DNA of 64,000 nucleotides from an uncultured delta proteobacterium. Its GTDB lineage: Bacteria > Desulfobacterota > Syntrophorhabdia > Syntrophorhabdales > WCHB1-27. The position numbers and the translations under genes were made by a program. Positions within the stretch are counted from its first letter, which is position 1; each line of letters begins with the position of its first letter. Shown here piece by piece: positions 20,338 through 29,805 of the stretch. The stretch spans positions 32,001-96,000 of the forward strand of contig CAWEPK010000009.1 of NCBI GenBank assembly GCA_963810935.1, in the 5' to 3' direction. The notes beneath the pieces are model-generated. The model did no database searches, was not told the DNA's origin, and saw nothing but the letters and a program-made list of their open reading frames with translations.

Positions 20338-20915
20338 GGCCGCATGCCGCACAAACGGTGCGGGCCGGAGGAGCGCTTCTCATTTTCTGCGTCCTCACGT
20401 TACCCTCTTTCGGGTTCAACGATGCCGATTTGGAGAAGGTCAGGCAGACGAACAGGTGCGGGGATTGCGACCTCGCCGGCGCGGATATGGCAGGCAGCGT
20501 CATGAACGACGTGCAGATGCCCAATGCCAGGATAGCAGGCGCCAAAATGGCGGGGGCTGACCTATCCAGCGGCAACCTCTCGGGTGCTGACCTGTCCGGC
20601 GCGGACCTCTCGCGCGCGGACCTCTCTTATACGAACCTGTGGCACGTCAATCTATCGAAGGCGAACCTTTCGGGCGGGCGGCTGGTCGGCGCAAGGCTAC
20701 AGGGCGCAAACCTTACCGGCGCCAATCTATCGGGCGCGGACCTGGCTGCCGTCGACCTTGCGGGGGCCGACTTGAGCGGCGCGACCTGGACGGACGGGAA
20801 GAAATGCCTTGAAGGCTCGAAAGGCGCCTGCAAGACGGGCGATCAGGAGTCCCAAAAAACATCGGCGAAACAGAAGAGCCGCAGCAGGCTTCCGCTTCTC
20901 CCCCTCCCCCAATAA
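20334..20915 (+). CDS. Secreted pentapeptide-repeat protein
   Basis: Signal peptide, CGDCDL, many A(D/N)LSG repeats, ATWTDGKKC. Confidence 0.88.
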   Translation: MRPHAAQTVRAGGALLIFCVLTLPSFGFNDADLEKVRQTNRCGDCDLAGADMAGSVMNDVQMPNARIAGAKMAGADLSSGNLSGADLSGADLSRADLSYTNLWHVNLSKANLSGGRLVGARLQGANLTGANLSGADLAAVDLAGADLSGATWTDGKKCLEGSKGACKTGDQESQKTSAKQKSRSRLPLLPLPQ

Positions 20916-21035
20916 GGACTGCCGGTCCTTCCGGCGACGGTCAGCCCGACAACCGGGCGGCTTTTTTTATTGACTTTGTCAGCCGGCGATACCATCATGT
21001 TTTCGTTGCAAAATCTTTAGCGGGAGGCTCGACCG

Positions 21036-21434
21036 ATGTTGACAAGACGGGGCTGCATTATGCACCTTCACCTCTGGCTTGAGACGGAGGAAGGGGTGTT
21101 TTTCGGGCCGGGCCGCGCCGAGCTGCTTGAGCGCATCGAACACCACGGCTCTCTGCTCAAGGCCGCGGACGAGCTCGGCATGTCGTATCGGGCCGCATGG
21201 GGTAAGATCAAAAAAACGGAAGCCGTGCTGGGCAGCAAGCTGATAGAGAGGACGGGCAGTTACAGGAAAGGCTACCGTCTGACCGATTACGGCAGGTCGC
21301 TGACCGAGAAATTCAGGCTCTGGTACGACGAGGTCGAGGAAGACGCGCTGCAGAAGGCGCGGCGCCTCTTCGGGACACCGGTCGAAAAGCAAAAAGAGAA
21401 GGGCCTGAGGCTGGACAACGACCCGCGCCCCTGA
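21036..21434 (+). CDS. ModE-like winged-helix regulator (DNA-binding domain only)
   Basis: FGPGRAELLERI...GSLLKAADELGMSYRAAWGKI. Confidence 0.85.
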   Translation: MLTRRGCIMHLHLWLETEEGVFFGPGRAELLERIEHHGSLLKAADELGMSYRAAWGKIKKTEAVLGSKLIERTGSYRKGYRLTDYGRSLTEKFRLWYDEVEEDALQKARRLFGTPVEKQKEKGLRLDNDPRP

Positions 21435-21440
21435 AAACAA

Positions 21441-21745
21441 ATGACCCGGCAATAGGGTCATAAAGCAAGCGCATGCGAAGCCTGAGCCCCAATAACAAAT
21501 CTGGACCCGGGTATTGAATACCTGCTGCTTGCAGCAGGTATAAAGCGAGCGAAGCGAAGCGCCGAGCGGGGAGGCCGGGGCACCCGCCCGACGTAAGGAG
21601 GGAAGGGTCGCAGCTTTGCCCGGCGAGGGGGCGCTGAGCCCCAATAATTGCCGCTGCCCCCAGCGGCAATAAAGCGAGCGAAGCGAAGCGCCGAGCGGGG
21701 AGGCTCCATGAGCTTTGCTCATGGAGGGGGCGCTGAGCCCCAATC
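21441..21745. repeat. Modular hairpin repeat, locus B (3 tandem units)
   Basis: Each unit is hairpin + TAAAGCRAGCG...GCGAAGC + (variable arm) + CTGAGCCCCAAT; lies between the convergent modE-like gene and tctA. Confidence 0.88.
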
Positions 21746-23252
21746 ATGATTCGTCCTCCAAAGCAATCTCCGGAGCGCGCGTCTTTATCTGCACCCACAG
21801 TCCCCTCGCAATCGAAAGGAAGGCAAGGATCATGAAAACGAGGGCGATGGGACGGGTGAAGAAGATCAGCGGGGAGCCCTGGGAGATGAGCAGGGACTGC
21901 TGTAGGGACGTCTCCAGCATCTGAGCGAGGACGGTGGCCAGCACCATCGGCGCGATAGGGAAGCCCAATTTACGCATCGCGTATCCAACCACGCCGAATA
22001 TGAGCGCCACCCAGACGTCGAAGAGCATGAACCTGATGCTGTAGGCTCCGATCACCGAGAAGAGGATAATCAGAGGACCGAGCACCGGAAACGGGATAAG
22101 GGCTATGCGCGCCCACATGCCGACAAGGGGCAGGTTCAGCACGAGGAGTATCACGTTGCCTATGTACATGCTGGCGATGACAGCCCATACGAACTGCGGG
22201 TTTTGCTTGAAAAGCATCGGCCCCGGCTGAAGGCCGTACATCATGAGGCCGCCCAGCAGCACCGCCAGCGCCGGCCCTGTAGGAAGCCCGAAGGCAAACA
22301 GCGGCACGAACCCCCCGCTCGTCGTCGCGTTGTTGGCCCCCTCGGGCGCTGCAACGCCTTCGATTGCGCCCTTTCCAAACTGCTCCGGGTGCTTCGAGAG
22401 GCGCTTTTCGACGTCATAGGCCACGAAGGTCGTCACCGCCGGGGCGCATCCCGGCAGAAGGCCCAGGAAGAAACCGATGCCCGTCGACCGGAGCATCGCG
22501 CCGAAGCACTGCTTGATGTCCCGCCATTTGGGCATCCAGTCGAGCGTTTTCGTATCGTACATCAGGTTTACCGAATGCTCCACGTTGACCATGATCTCGC
22601 TGATGGCGAAAAGCCCTATTATGACGCTGATGAAATTGATCCCCGCCATCATGTCGACTGAACCGAAGGTGAGGCGCGCCGCTCCCGTAAGCGGGTTCTG
22701 CCCGATGAGGGAGGCGGTGAGTCCCAGGGACATCGAGATGATTCCCTTGAGCAGGGCGCGCCCGGAAAGGCTTATGATGAGGCTCAGGCCCATGAACATT
22801 AGGGCGAAATATTCTGCCGGGCCAAAGGCGAGGGCGAAGTTTGCCAGTACCGGCGCAAAAAAGGTGAGCCCAACGAGGCTAAGCGTGCCCGCGAAGAAAG
22901 ACGATATCGCGGAGATGGCCAGCGCCGGGCCGGCCCGTCCCTGTTTGGCCATTGCGTATCCGTCGAGAGCGGTCGGCACGGAAGACGCCTCGCCGGGTAT
23001 GTTGACGACGATGGCGGTCGTTGAGCCTCCGTACATAGCTCCGTAGTAGATAGCGGCCATCATGATAATGGCCGACGTGGGCGGGAGGATCGTCGTCAGG
23101 GGCAGCAGGATGGCTATACCGGAGGAGGGGCCGATCCCCGGCAAAACACCGATGAGCGTGCCTACCAGGCAGCCGATGGTCGCCCACATCAGGTTCTGCC
23201 ACGTCAACGCCGTCATGAATCCTTGCAGCAAATAATCCCAGGAAAAAAGCAA
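21744..23252 (-). CDS. tctA: Tripartite tricarboxylate transporter large membrane subunit
   Basis: GTLIGVLPGIG, IYYGAMYGGS, NIPGEASS, APEGANNA; TTG start after GGAGG. Confidence 0.92.
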   Translation of the reverse strand: MLFSWDYLLQGFMTALTWQNLMWATIGCLVGTLIGVLPGIGPSSGIAILLPLTTILPPTSAIIMMAAIYYGAMYGGSTTAIVVNIPGEASSVPTALDGYAMAKQGRAGPALAISAISSFFAGTLSLVGLTFFAPVLANFALAFGPAEYFALMFMGLSLIISLSGRALLKGIISMSLGLTASLIGQNPLTGAARLTFGSVDMMAGINFISVIIGLFAISEIMVNVEHSVNLMYDTKTLDWMPKWRDIKQCFGAMLRSTGIGFFLGLLPGCAPAVTTFVAYDVEKRLSKHPEQFGKGAIEGVAAPEGANNATTSGGFVPLFAFGLPTGPALAVLLGGLMMYGLQPGPMLFKQNPQFVWAVIASMYIGNVILLVLNLPLVGMWARIALIPFPVLGPLIILFSVIGAYSIRFMLFDVWVALIFGVVGYAMRKLGFPIAPMVLATVLAQMLETSLQQSLLISQGSPLIFFTRPIALVFMILAFLSIARGLWVQIKTRAPEIALEDES

Positions 23253-23260
23253 AACGCCTC

Positions 23261-23731
23261 CTATGGTTGCAAGATACCGGCGGGGAACGAAAGCTCCAGG
23301 AATTGCATGAACAGGAAAAAGACGACGGCCCCGGATATAAGGCCAGTCGCGGCAGCCCAAAAGACCCTTCGACGACCTTTGCGCAGGTACCAGACCGAAA
23401 ACGCAATGTAGATCGTAGTCGCTATAGGCATGCCGATGGGCTCGATCAGGGCCAGATAGACGGCGAGGCTGACGAGTGTCACGAGGACGTGCCTGGTCCC
23501 CGTCTTATCCGGCCAGGAGATCGGCGGGTCCTCGCCTTTAAAACGCCAGGATTTGACAGCCAGGAGAAGCCCCCCGAAGAAGACGAACAAGCCCATCGTA
23601 TAAGGGAGCGTCCTTGGCGGCAGCCTCTCCTCCAGGCCGCCCGTGATCTGCGTGGCTGCGCCCAGTATGACGAGTCCCAACACCGCCAGGAATATGCCGC
23701 TTTGGATATCCGCCGTGCGCTGAGTCTTCAT
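23261..23731 (-). CDS. tctB: Tripartite tricarboxylate transporter small membrane subunit
   Basis: 4-5 TM helices, PRTLP, C-terminal FPAG; lies between tctC and tctA. Confidence 0.85.
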   Translation of the reverse strand: MKTQRTADIQSGIFLAVLGLVILGAATQITGGLEERLPPRTLPYTMGLFVFFGGLLLAVKSWRFKGEDPPISWPDKTGTRHVLVTLVSLAVYLALIEPIGMPIATTIYIAFSVWYLRKGRRRVFWAAATGLISGAVVFFLFMQFLELSFPAGILQP

Positions 23732-23742
23732 AAGTTATAACG

Positions 23743-24705
23743 TTACTTCTTCAGCCCTGCTACGAGCTCCTTGTAGACCTGCGTCATTCTAGAGATATAT
23801 GCCTTGCTTTCATCGTGGCCCATTGAGATGGGGATAAACCCGTCCGCTTTCATCTGCGACTGTATCTCCGGAAGCTTCGATGCTTCGAGGTAGCCGGCCT
23901 CCAGTTTCTTTATGATGTATTCGGGCGTTTTCGGCGGGCAGGCAACGCCCCGGTCTACCACTTCGATGAAATCGTATTTCAGCTCCTTGAAAGTGGGCAC
24001 GTCCGGGAACCCGCTGAACCGCTTATCCGTAGCAAAAGCGAAGACGCGCACCTTGTCCTTGTAGCGCGTAAGGTCGTCGGAAGTGCCGAAGATGGAGTCG
24101 ATATGGCCCCCGAGAAAGGCGGTCATCTGGGGCGCGGTGCCGGTAAACGGCACGTAAGTCACTTTCGTACCGGTCATCTTCTCGAAGCGAAGGGCCGCCA
24201 TGTGGTAGCCGGAGAATGTGCCGGAGCCGCCTACCGTCATCTTTCCGGGGCTTTTCTTCGCCTGGTCGATGAACTCCTGAAGCGTCTTTATATTGCTCGT
24301 CTTCAGTACCGCCAGGGCCAGAGGGGTCCTCTGGAAAAGGACCACAGGGACGATCTGCTCCGTCTTGTAGCCCACCTCCTGCTGCATTGGCTGGAGGATA
24401 ATGTGCGGCACGTTGAACCCGGCCACGCCGTAGCCGTCAGGCTTCATCCTGGCCAGCTCTTTCCAGCCGAGCGCGCCTCCGCCGCCCACCTTGTAGTCGA
24501 TTATCACCTTCTGCTTGAAGATCCTGCTCAAATGGGGCTGCTGCATCCGCGCCACCCTGTCCGACTGTCCTCCCGGATCGAAACAGATAGTGTAGTTGAT
24601 CTGCCTCGTAGGGAAAGGCTTCTCCTGCTGGGCACAGCAGATGCTGCAAAAAACCCCGGCAACCAGGAGGATGGCTATTCCGGCCGACAGCGCCGTTTTT
24701 TTCAT
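23743..24705 (-). CDS. tctC: Tripartite tricarboxylate transporter substrate-binding protein (Bug family)
   Basis: FPTRQI, PGGQSD, GGGGALG, PDGY, YVPF, PDVPTFKE. Confidence 0.9.
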   Translation of the reverse strand: MKKTALSAGIAILLVAGVFCSICCAQQEKPFPTRQINYTICFDPGGQSDRVARMQQPHLSRIFKQKVIIDYKVGGGGALGWKELARMKPDGYGVAGFNVPHIILQPMQQEVGYKTEQIVPVVLFQRTPLALAVLKTSNIKTLQEFIDQAKKSPGKMTVGGSGTFSGYHMAALRFEKMTGTKVTYVPFTGTAPQMTAFLGGHIDSIFGTSDDLTRYKDKVRVFAFATDKRFSGFPDVPTFKELKYDFIEVVDRGVACPPKTPEYIIKKLEAGYLEASKLPEIQSQMKADGFIPISMGHDESKAYISRMTQVYKELVAGLKK

Positions 24706-24911
24706 GCTCCACCCCGTTTTGATGGTTAATTGGGACTTTGGCCCCTTCGTTTTTACAATACATTTAATATTGGGAAAACGTCAACAGTTTTGATGCGGTG
24801 CCGGAAGCCGGGGAATTAACCGATTCTTCGCCTTTTCATTGCGGTTTTTTAACTTTGAGCCGGTATGTTATAATGACAGTCCGGAAGTTTCCGGCTGAAA
24901 GGGAGATGTTC

Positions 24912-25394
24912 ATGGACACAATCAAAACGATAGCGCTCGTCGCGCACGACAACCGCAAAAAAGACCTGATCGAATGGTTCGAATACAATTACAAATCGCT
25001 GGTGAGGCACAAGCTCGTCTGCACGGGGGCGACCGGGAAGCTGGTCGAGGATGTCATCCGCGAGAAGCTGGAAAAAGAGCAGTTCGATTATCACCTCGAT
25101 CTGCTGAAATCGGGGCCTCTCGGCGGCGACCAGCAACTGGGCGCCATGATCGTCGAAGGCAGGATAGACGCCGTCATATTCCTCTGGGACCCGATGCAGC
25201 CCCACCCGCACGACGTAGACGTAAAGGCCCTCCTGCGGATTGCCGTCCTCTACAATGTCCCGATAGGCTGCAACAGGGCGACCGCCGATTTCATCATGTC
25301 CTCCCCGCTGCTGAACGAAACGTACAAGCCCCAGCCCCCCGACTTAGGCGGTGGGGCCGTAGAGCCGCAGGCGCCCGCGAAAGTCCAAGGTTGA
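24912..25394 (+). CDS. mgsA: Methylglyoxal synthase
   Basis: IALVAHD, SGPLGGDQQLGA, PHPHDVDVKALLR; extended -10 TGtTATAAT at 24866-24874. Confidence 0.95.
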   Translation: MDTIKTIALVAHDNRKKDLIEWFEYNYKSLVRHKLVCTGATGKLVEDVIREKLEKEQFDYHLDLLKSGPLGGDQQLGAMIVEGRIDAVIFLWDPMQPHPHDVDVKALLRIAVLYNVPIGCNRATADFIMSSPLLNETYKPQPPDLGGGAVEPQAPAKVQG

Positions 25395-25558
25395 AACGCG
25401 CCCGTGCGGTATGTGCTAAAGCCTATACAATAGTGCTTTACTATCGAATACATACGTGCTATATTCGGACAGCATGGTTGCGGAAAGCGCACCCATCCAG
25501 CCAGGACCTTGCAAGGATCGGAACGGTATCATCAGCCCCAAAATAAGAGGGTGCAGCC

Positions 25559-25990
25559 GTGAGTCCGGAAAAGGGTCTCCACATACTCCTGGTCGATGAT
25601 GAAGAGGCTGTCCTTTCGGTAACCGCGTCTTGCCTGGAGCAACGCGGCTTTGTCGTCACGTCCAAATCCGACGGGCTCTCCGCGCTTAAAACCTTTACCG
25701 AAAACCCGGACGGGTTCGATGTTTGCGTCCTCGACGAGGTAATGCCCGGCCTCTCCGGCTGCGAGCTTGCGGCCATGTTAAGGCGCCTGCGCCCCGATCT
25801 CCCCGTGCTCTTATATCCCGGTTATATAGACGCTGCGACAACCCGCAGGATGCGCGCCGACAAGATACGCGTCTTTTTCAAGCCCCTGAGCGGCCAGGAG
25901 CTGGAGTTGGCAATAAGGAAGACCGTCAAGCGCCCCCGCAAAAGTCGGGATCCTGAAAAGGGAGCCCGAAGGTCACCTCCACTCGGTTGA
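25559..25990 (+). CDS. Single-domain response regulator (receiver)
   Basis: ILLVDDE, VLDEVMPGLSG, KP. Confidence 0.85.
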   Translation: MSPEKGLHILLVDDEEAVLSVTASCLEQRGFVVTSKSDGLSALKTFTENPDGFDVCVLDEVMPGLSGCELAAMLRRLRPDLPVLLYPGYIDAATTRRMRADKIRVFFKPLSGQELELAIRKTVKRPRKSRDPEKGARRSPPLG

Positions 25991-26345
25991 ATTAATTGCC
26001 TTCCGGGCCCATATTAAGAAAGGATGGCCTGAAAGAAACTACTTTCCGAAGCTGATGGGCAGTATCTCCGCCATTTTCCGAAAAACTGCGGGATAGAACC
26101 GAACGCATCGGCTTTGGGGAAAGCGGTCCTTCCGGGGCCGGCTGACGTTATATTGATTGAAACCGGGCATGCATTTGGTTTAAAATAGTGTGTGCGCCCG
26201 GTACTACTGCCACGGGCCCGGTTAAGGGTATGAGGTTTGAAATCTAGGGGTAGGATCGCGGCGCTTTTCGCCAACTGTCTCCCATCAAGCATTTACGGGG
26301 ACGGGCGCTGAAGCCTATCGCTTTTTCGAAAATTACGTCGAAGAA

Positions 26346-27239
26346 ATGGAGGTATTCAGATTGCTCGTGCTGGGTATCTACAGGGAAGAAGTCTTCTCTC
26401 CCGGAAGGGTTGAAGACGACAGGCAAATCATGGATGCGGCGCTCCTCGAGCTGCGCGGGTTGGGCTGCAACACCCGTGCGGTCAGCTTAGACGAGATAGA
26501 TGCGTCCATGCCCGCGGCCGGCTGCGTGCTGACGATGGCCCAGTCGCGCCGGGCCCTTTCGCTCCTTGAGGCATTGAGCGCAGGCGGCGCCCGTGTGATC
26601 AACTCGCCTTCCGCGATATACGCATGCAGGCGGATTCATCTCGTACGGGCGCTTGAGACGGCGGGCCTTCCGCTGCCCTCCGGCGAGATCATCTCCCTTG
26701 ATGACGGCTATGCAAATAAAGAGGTGCCGCCCCCTTCTTTTCGCCATTACTGGCTAAAGCGGGGCGATGTCCACAGGATAAGCCCCGGCGACGTCGTAAA
26801 GGTGACTTCCGGACCCGAATTTACGGCAGCCATCGGCTACTTCAGGAGCCACCAGATATCGAAGGTCGTCATCCAGGACCACCTGGAGGGAGAGGTCATC
26901 AAGTTCTACGGCATACGCAACGGCTACTTCGCGGGGTTCGGCACCTCCGGAAACGGGGATGGGGCCGACCGGCTGGCCGACCTGCGTTCTATCGCAAGGC
27001 GGGCGGCGGAGGCTATAGGGCTTGAGATATACGGCGGCGACGCGGTAATCACCCCCGACGGCCGCACCTTCCTGATCGACCTTAACGCCTGGCCCAGCTT
27101 TTCCCGCTGCCGCACTGAGGCATCCCGGAGCATCGCATCGTACGCTGCAGAGGTTATAGCAGGGGCGGTCCCGGCCGCAAATCGCACAAAAGCACCCGGC
27201 GAGCGCCTCTCGGCGACAACACACCGCGTAACGCATTAA
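26346..27239 (+). CDS. ATP-grasp fold protein
   Basis: VINSP, WLKRGDVH, IQDHLEG, IKFY, GGDAV, IDLNAWPSF. Confidence 0.8.
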   Translation: MEVFRLLVLGIYREEVFSPGRVEDDRQIMDAALLELRGLGCNTRAVSLDEIDASMPAAGCVLTMAQSRRALSLLEALSAGGARVINSPSAIYACRRIHLVRALETAGLPLPSGEIISLDDGYANKEVPPPSFRHYWLKRGDVHRISPGDVVKVTSGPEFTAAIGYFRSHQISKVVIQDHLEGEVIKFYGIRNGYFAGFGTSGNGDGADRLADLRSIARRAAEAIGLEIYGGDAVITPDGRTFLIDLNAWPSFSRCRTEASRSIASYAAEVIAGAVPAANRTKAPGERLSATTHRVTH

Positions 27240-27259
27240 GACCCAAGGAGAATTTGCCC

Positions 27260-28114
27260 CTACCTCGAGGCGCTCGCAAGCTCGCCCGTCCTGGTCGCGC
27301 GCCATTGCTTCGTGCTGCCGTCTTTGCTTGCCGTCCCCTCCATGCTGCTGCCGTCTACCCTGGCCGCATATTGCGTTTCGCCCGCCGTGAACGTTAGCCG
27401 GTCGCCGCGCAGGGTGGCCTTCGAGATGCGCACCTGCCCTGAAGCCGAGCGGAGGACCCCCGACACCGCCTGATAGTCCTGGCCGAGCATCAACTCGCCC
27501 TCCGGGAGCTTCCAGGCGCCTTCCACGCGGGCAGGGACCACCCACAGGTAGGCCGTGCAGTAAAGCGGGCAGTCGTCGTCTGCGTCCGCATACGCGTCCG
27601 GCCTCCAGTCCCCCATGTCGAAGCTGTTCGTGACGATGCGGGTACCGGGCCTGAGCGAAAGGATGATCGGCCGGAGCCGCATGTTGATGTCGGGCAACAG
27701 GAACATTGTGATTACCGTTGCCCGCGATAAATCGACATTAAACAGGTCCGCCTGTACGAATTTGGCCCTGTCGGCCACACCCTCCCGCGAGGCGTTCCGC
27801 TGCGCCAGAGACACCAGCTCCGGGTTATACTCGACACCGAGGGCATTCGCCCCGCGCTTGGCCGCCGCAATGACCGTCCTGCCGTCGCCCGATCCGAGGT
27901 CTATCAGGTAGTCCCGGCTGGTGACGCCTGCCAGGTCGAGCATTTTCCCAACAACGGCCTGCTCGGTTGGCAGCCATATCACGTCCTTGCCCGCCTGTCC
28001 GGGTCTCGGCTTATACCCGGACTCGTCCGGCTGCGCGCTTCCGGCCAAAAAGAGAACCATTGCGAGAACGCAAAAAGCGGATACCGCGCGACGAAGAAGC
28101 GATGATGGTGTCAT
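27260..28114 (-). CDS. Class I SAM-dependent methyltransferase with signal peptide
   Basis: DLGSGDGR, GVEYN, ADLF, LRPGTRIV. Confidence 0.85.
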   Translation of the reverse strand: MTPSSLLRRAVSAFCVLAMVLFLAGSAQPDESGYKPRPGQAGKDVIWLPTEQAVVGKMLDLAGVTSRDYLIDLGSGDGRTVIAAAKRGANALGVEYNPELVSLAQRNASREGVADRAKFVQADLFNVDLSRATVITMFLLPDINMRLRPIILSLRPGTRIVTNSFDMGDWRPDAYADADDDCPLYCTAYLWVVPARVEGAWKLPEGELMLGQDYQAVSGVLRSASGQVRISKATLRGDRLTFTAGETQYAARVDGSSMEGTASKDGSTKQWRATRTGELASASR

Positions 28115-28152
28115 GTTGTCTCCTCCTGCTTCTGTGCTGCAAAACCGCTGGA

Positions 28153-28860
28153 TCATGTCGTATCGATGGGTGTTACCTTGGGGGTCATGAGGCTGACGAG
28201 AAGGACGGAGAGGATGCCTGTTAGAAATATGCCGTCGAATGTGCCGGCACCGCCGATCGACGCCACCGGGGCCTCCAGTCCCCGGACTTTCCCGAGGTTC
28301 AGCAGGTCCGCGCCGATGAGGGTGCCGAGGCTCCCGGAGATATAGGCCAGAGGAGGCGCGTAACGCCTCGAAAATAAAAGGGCGACCATTGTCGAGATGA
28401 TCGGCGGGACAAAAACAGGCTCGGCTATGCCGACGCCTTTAACCGGGTACGCCAATGCATGGACAACGAACACCACTATGCCTATGGCCAGAAGGCCGCG
28501 CAGATAGAGCCGGTTCTTACGCATGAGATAGAGGGAAAGCAAAGTCGGGATGACGGCGCCCCCCACGTTGATCGCCACCACCGTGCCCTGCCAGCCGCTC
28601 ACTTCCGGAACAACGTAAGTCATGCCCCCGAACGAGACCGCCGCGTCGGACTGAGTGGCGGGGGGGGCCAGCTCGTATATAGGGATGTTCACGTAGCTGC
28701 CGAGGAACGAGAGGACCAGCAGTGCGAACATGTGACGCCGCCCGATGCCGATCCGCTGATAGGCATACCTGAGGATGCCGACCTCGATCAGAACAACGAG
28801 AAAAACGAGAAAGAGGGCGAACAGGAGCAGAAACGGCAGCGCTATCGGGAAGTAATGCAC
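28153..28860 (-). CDS. DUF1614-family membrane protein
   Basis: GSYVNIP, AINVGGAVIP, GTLIGADLLNL, SIGGAGTFDGIF. Confidence 0.85.
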   Translation of the reverse strand: MHYFPIALPFLLLFALFLVFLVVLIEVGILRYAYQRIGIGRRHMFALLVLSFLGSYVNIPIYELAPPATQSDAAVSFGGMTYVVPEVSGWQGTVVAINVGGAVIPTLLSLYLMRKNRLYLRGLLAIGIVVFVVHALAYPVKGVGIAEPVFVPPIISTMVALLFSRRYAPPLAYISGSLGTLIGADLLNLGKVRGLEAPVASIGGAGTFDGIFLTGILSVLLVSLMTPKVTPIDTT

Positions 28861-28961
28861 GGGCGATTCCTTGACGAGCCTTAATATGTACTCATTCTAT
28901 ATTTTGGTCGGTGCAAGGCCGCAGGGCAAGCCATTTTTTCTCCGGCGTGGCGGCGAGGAAT

Positions 28962-29019
28962 AAAAAAGGGAGATGGCCACCCGGGGCATAGGGGTTTAAG
29001 GGGTGTAGGTGGCCATCTC
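28962..29019 (-). terminator. Intrinsic terminator with a large C-rich loop after the DUF4142 gene
   Basis: 12-bp stem GAGATGGCCACC/GGTGGCCATCTC, 26-nt loop, then CC and T6 on the minus strand. Confidence 0.7.
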
Positions 29020-29041
29020 TGTTAGGGAGGAGTGATACGCC

Positions 29042-29570
29042 TTATTTACTCGTTTTACCGCCCATCTTGGCCTGCATGTCCTGGGCCATCTTCAGGTGGT
29101 CCCGAAGGGTGGGCAGCGTCTTCGCCGCGAATGCCTTCACGTCGTCATCTTTCCCCTTCTTTGACTCGTTTACGAAGGCCTTTATGTCCTCTTTGTGGTC
29201 CTTGACCATCATATCTACATACATACGGTCGAAATCGGCCGCGCTCGCCTTGTTCAGCTTATCCAGGCTGCTCTTGCTCTTCCTGTCGAGCGCCGCGGGC
29301 AGCTTGACGCCTTTGCTGTCTGCGAGCTGCATCAGACTCCGCGTTTCCCTTGCCGTGGTCATCGACCATGCGCTGGCCGAACGCCTTCACCTCGTCGCTC
29401 GTGCCTTTCTGCGCCGCGACTTTGCCTGCCTCGACTTCGAACATACCGCCTACAGCGGCCTCTTTCATGAACTTGGCGTCTTTCGACGGCTCCTTGTCCG
29501 CAGCGTACAAGGCCGATGCAAACACCGCCAGGAACAACGCCGCTACAGTAAGCGCCAACACCCTCTTCAT
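29042..29570 (-). CDS. DUF4142 ferritin-like exported protein, +1 frameshift at 29336
   Basis: DAKFMKEAA, FGQRMVDDH; removing one base gives KGNAELMQLA...FDRMYVDMMVKDH...LPTLRDHL. Confidence 0.85.
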
Positions 29571-29658
29571 TCCCGACCTCCTTGTAATCGTGACCCGGCG
29601 GCGCCGTTTTCGTTATTTTTCCCGGCCCCGCCTTGTGAAACCGGTACGTCCTAACTCC

Positions 29659-29686
29659 ATTATAAGACCGCCCTCCGGGCTGTCAA
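29659..29686 (-). promoter_or_regulatory. Consensus sigma-70 promoter for the DUF4142 gene
   Basis: TTGACA-16 nt-TATAAT. Confidence 0.7.
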
Positions 29687-29749
29687 GGGAAGTTCAATCG
29701 ATTTTGAGGAATTCTTCCTAAAGCCGGGATTTACAAGCGGCGCACGTCC

Positions 29750-29779
29750 TTGACAGGGGGTCGCAGAAGCGAATAGAAT
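29750..29779 (+). promoter_or_regulatory. Sigma-70 promoter for the tRNA thiolase-like gene
   Basis: TTGACA-18 nt-TAGAAT. Confidence 0.6.
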
Positions 29780-29805
29780 GATGAAAAGCAACAACCCGAG
29801 GCATA

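Noticed and set aside
21441..21745. CRISPR array
   Set aside because: Repeats are composite and imperfect, the variable parts are palindromic and of unequal length, and there are no cas genes in the window
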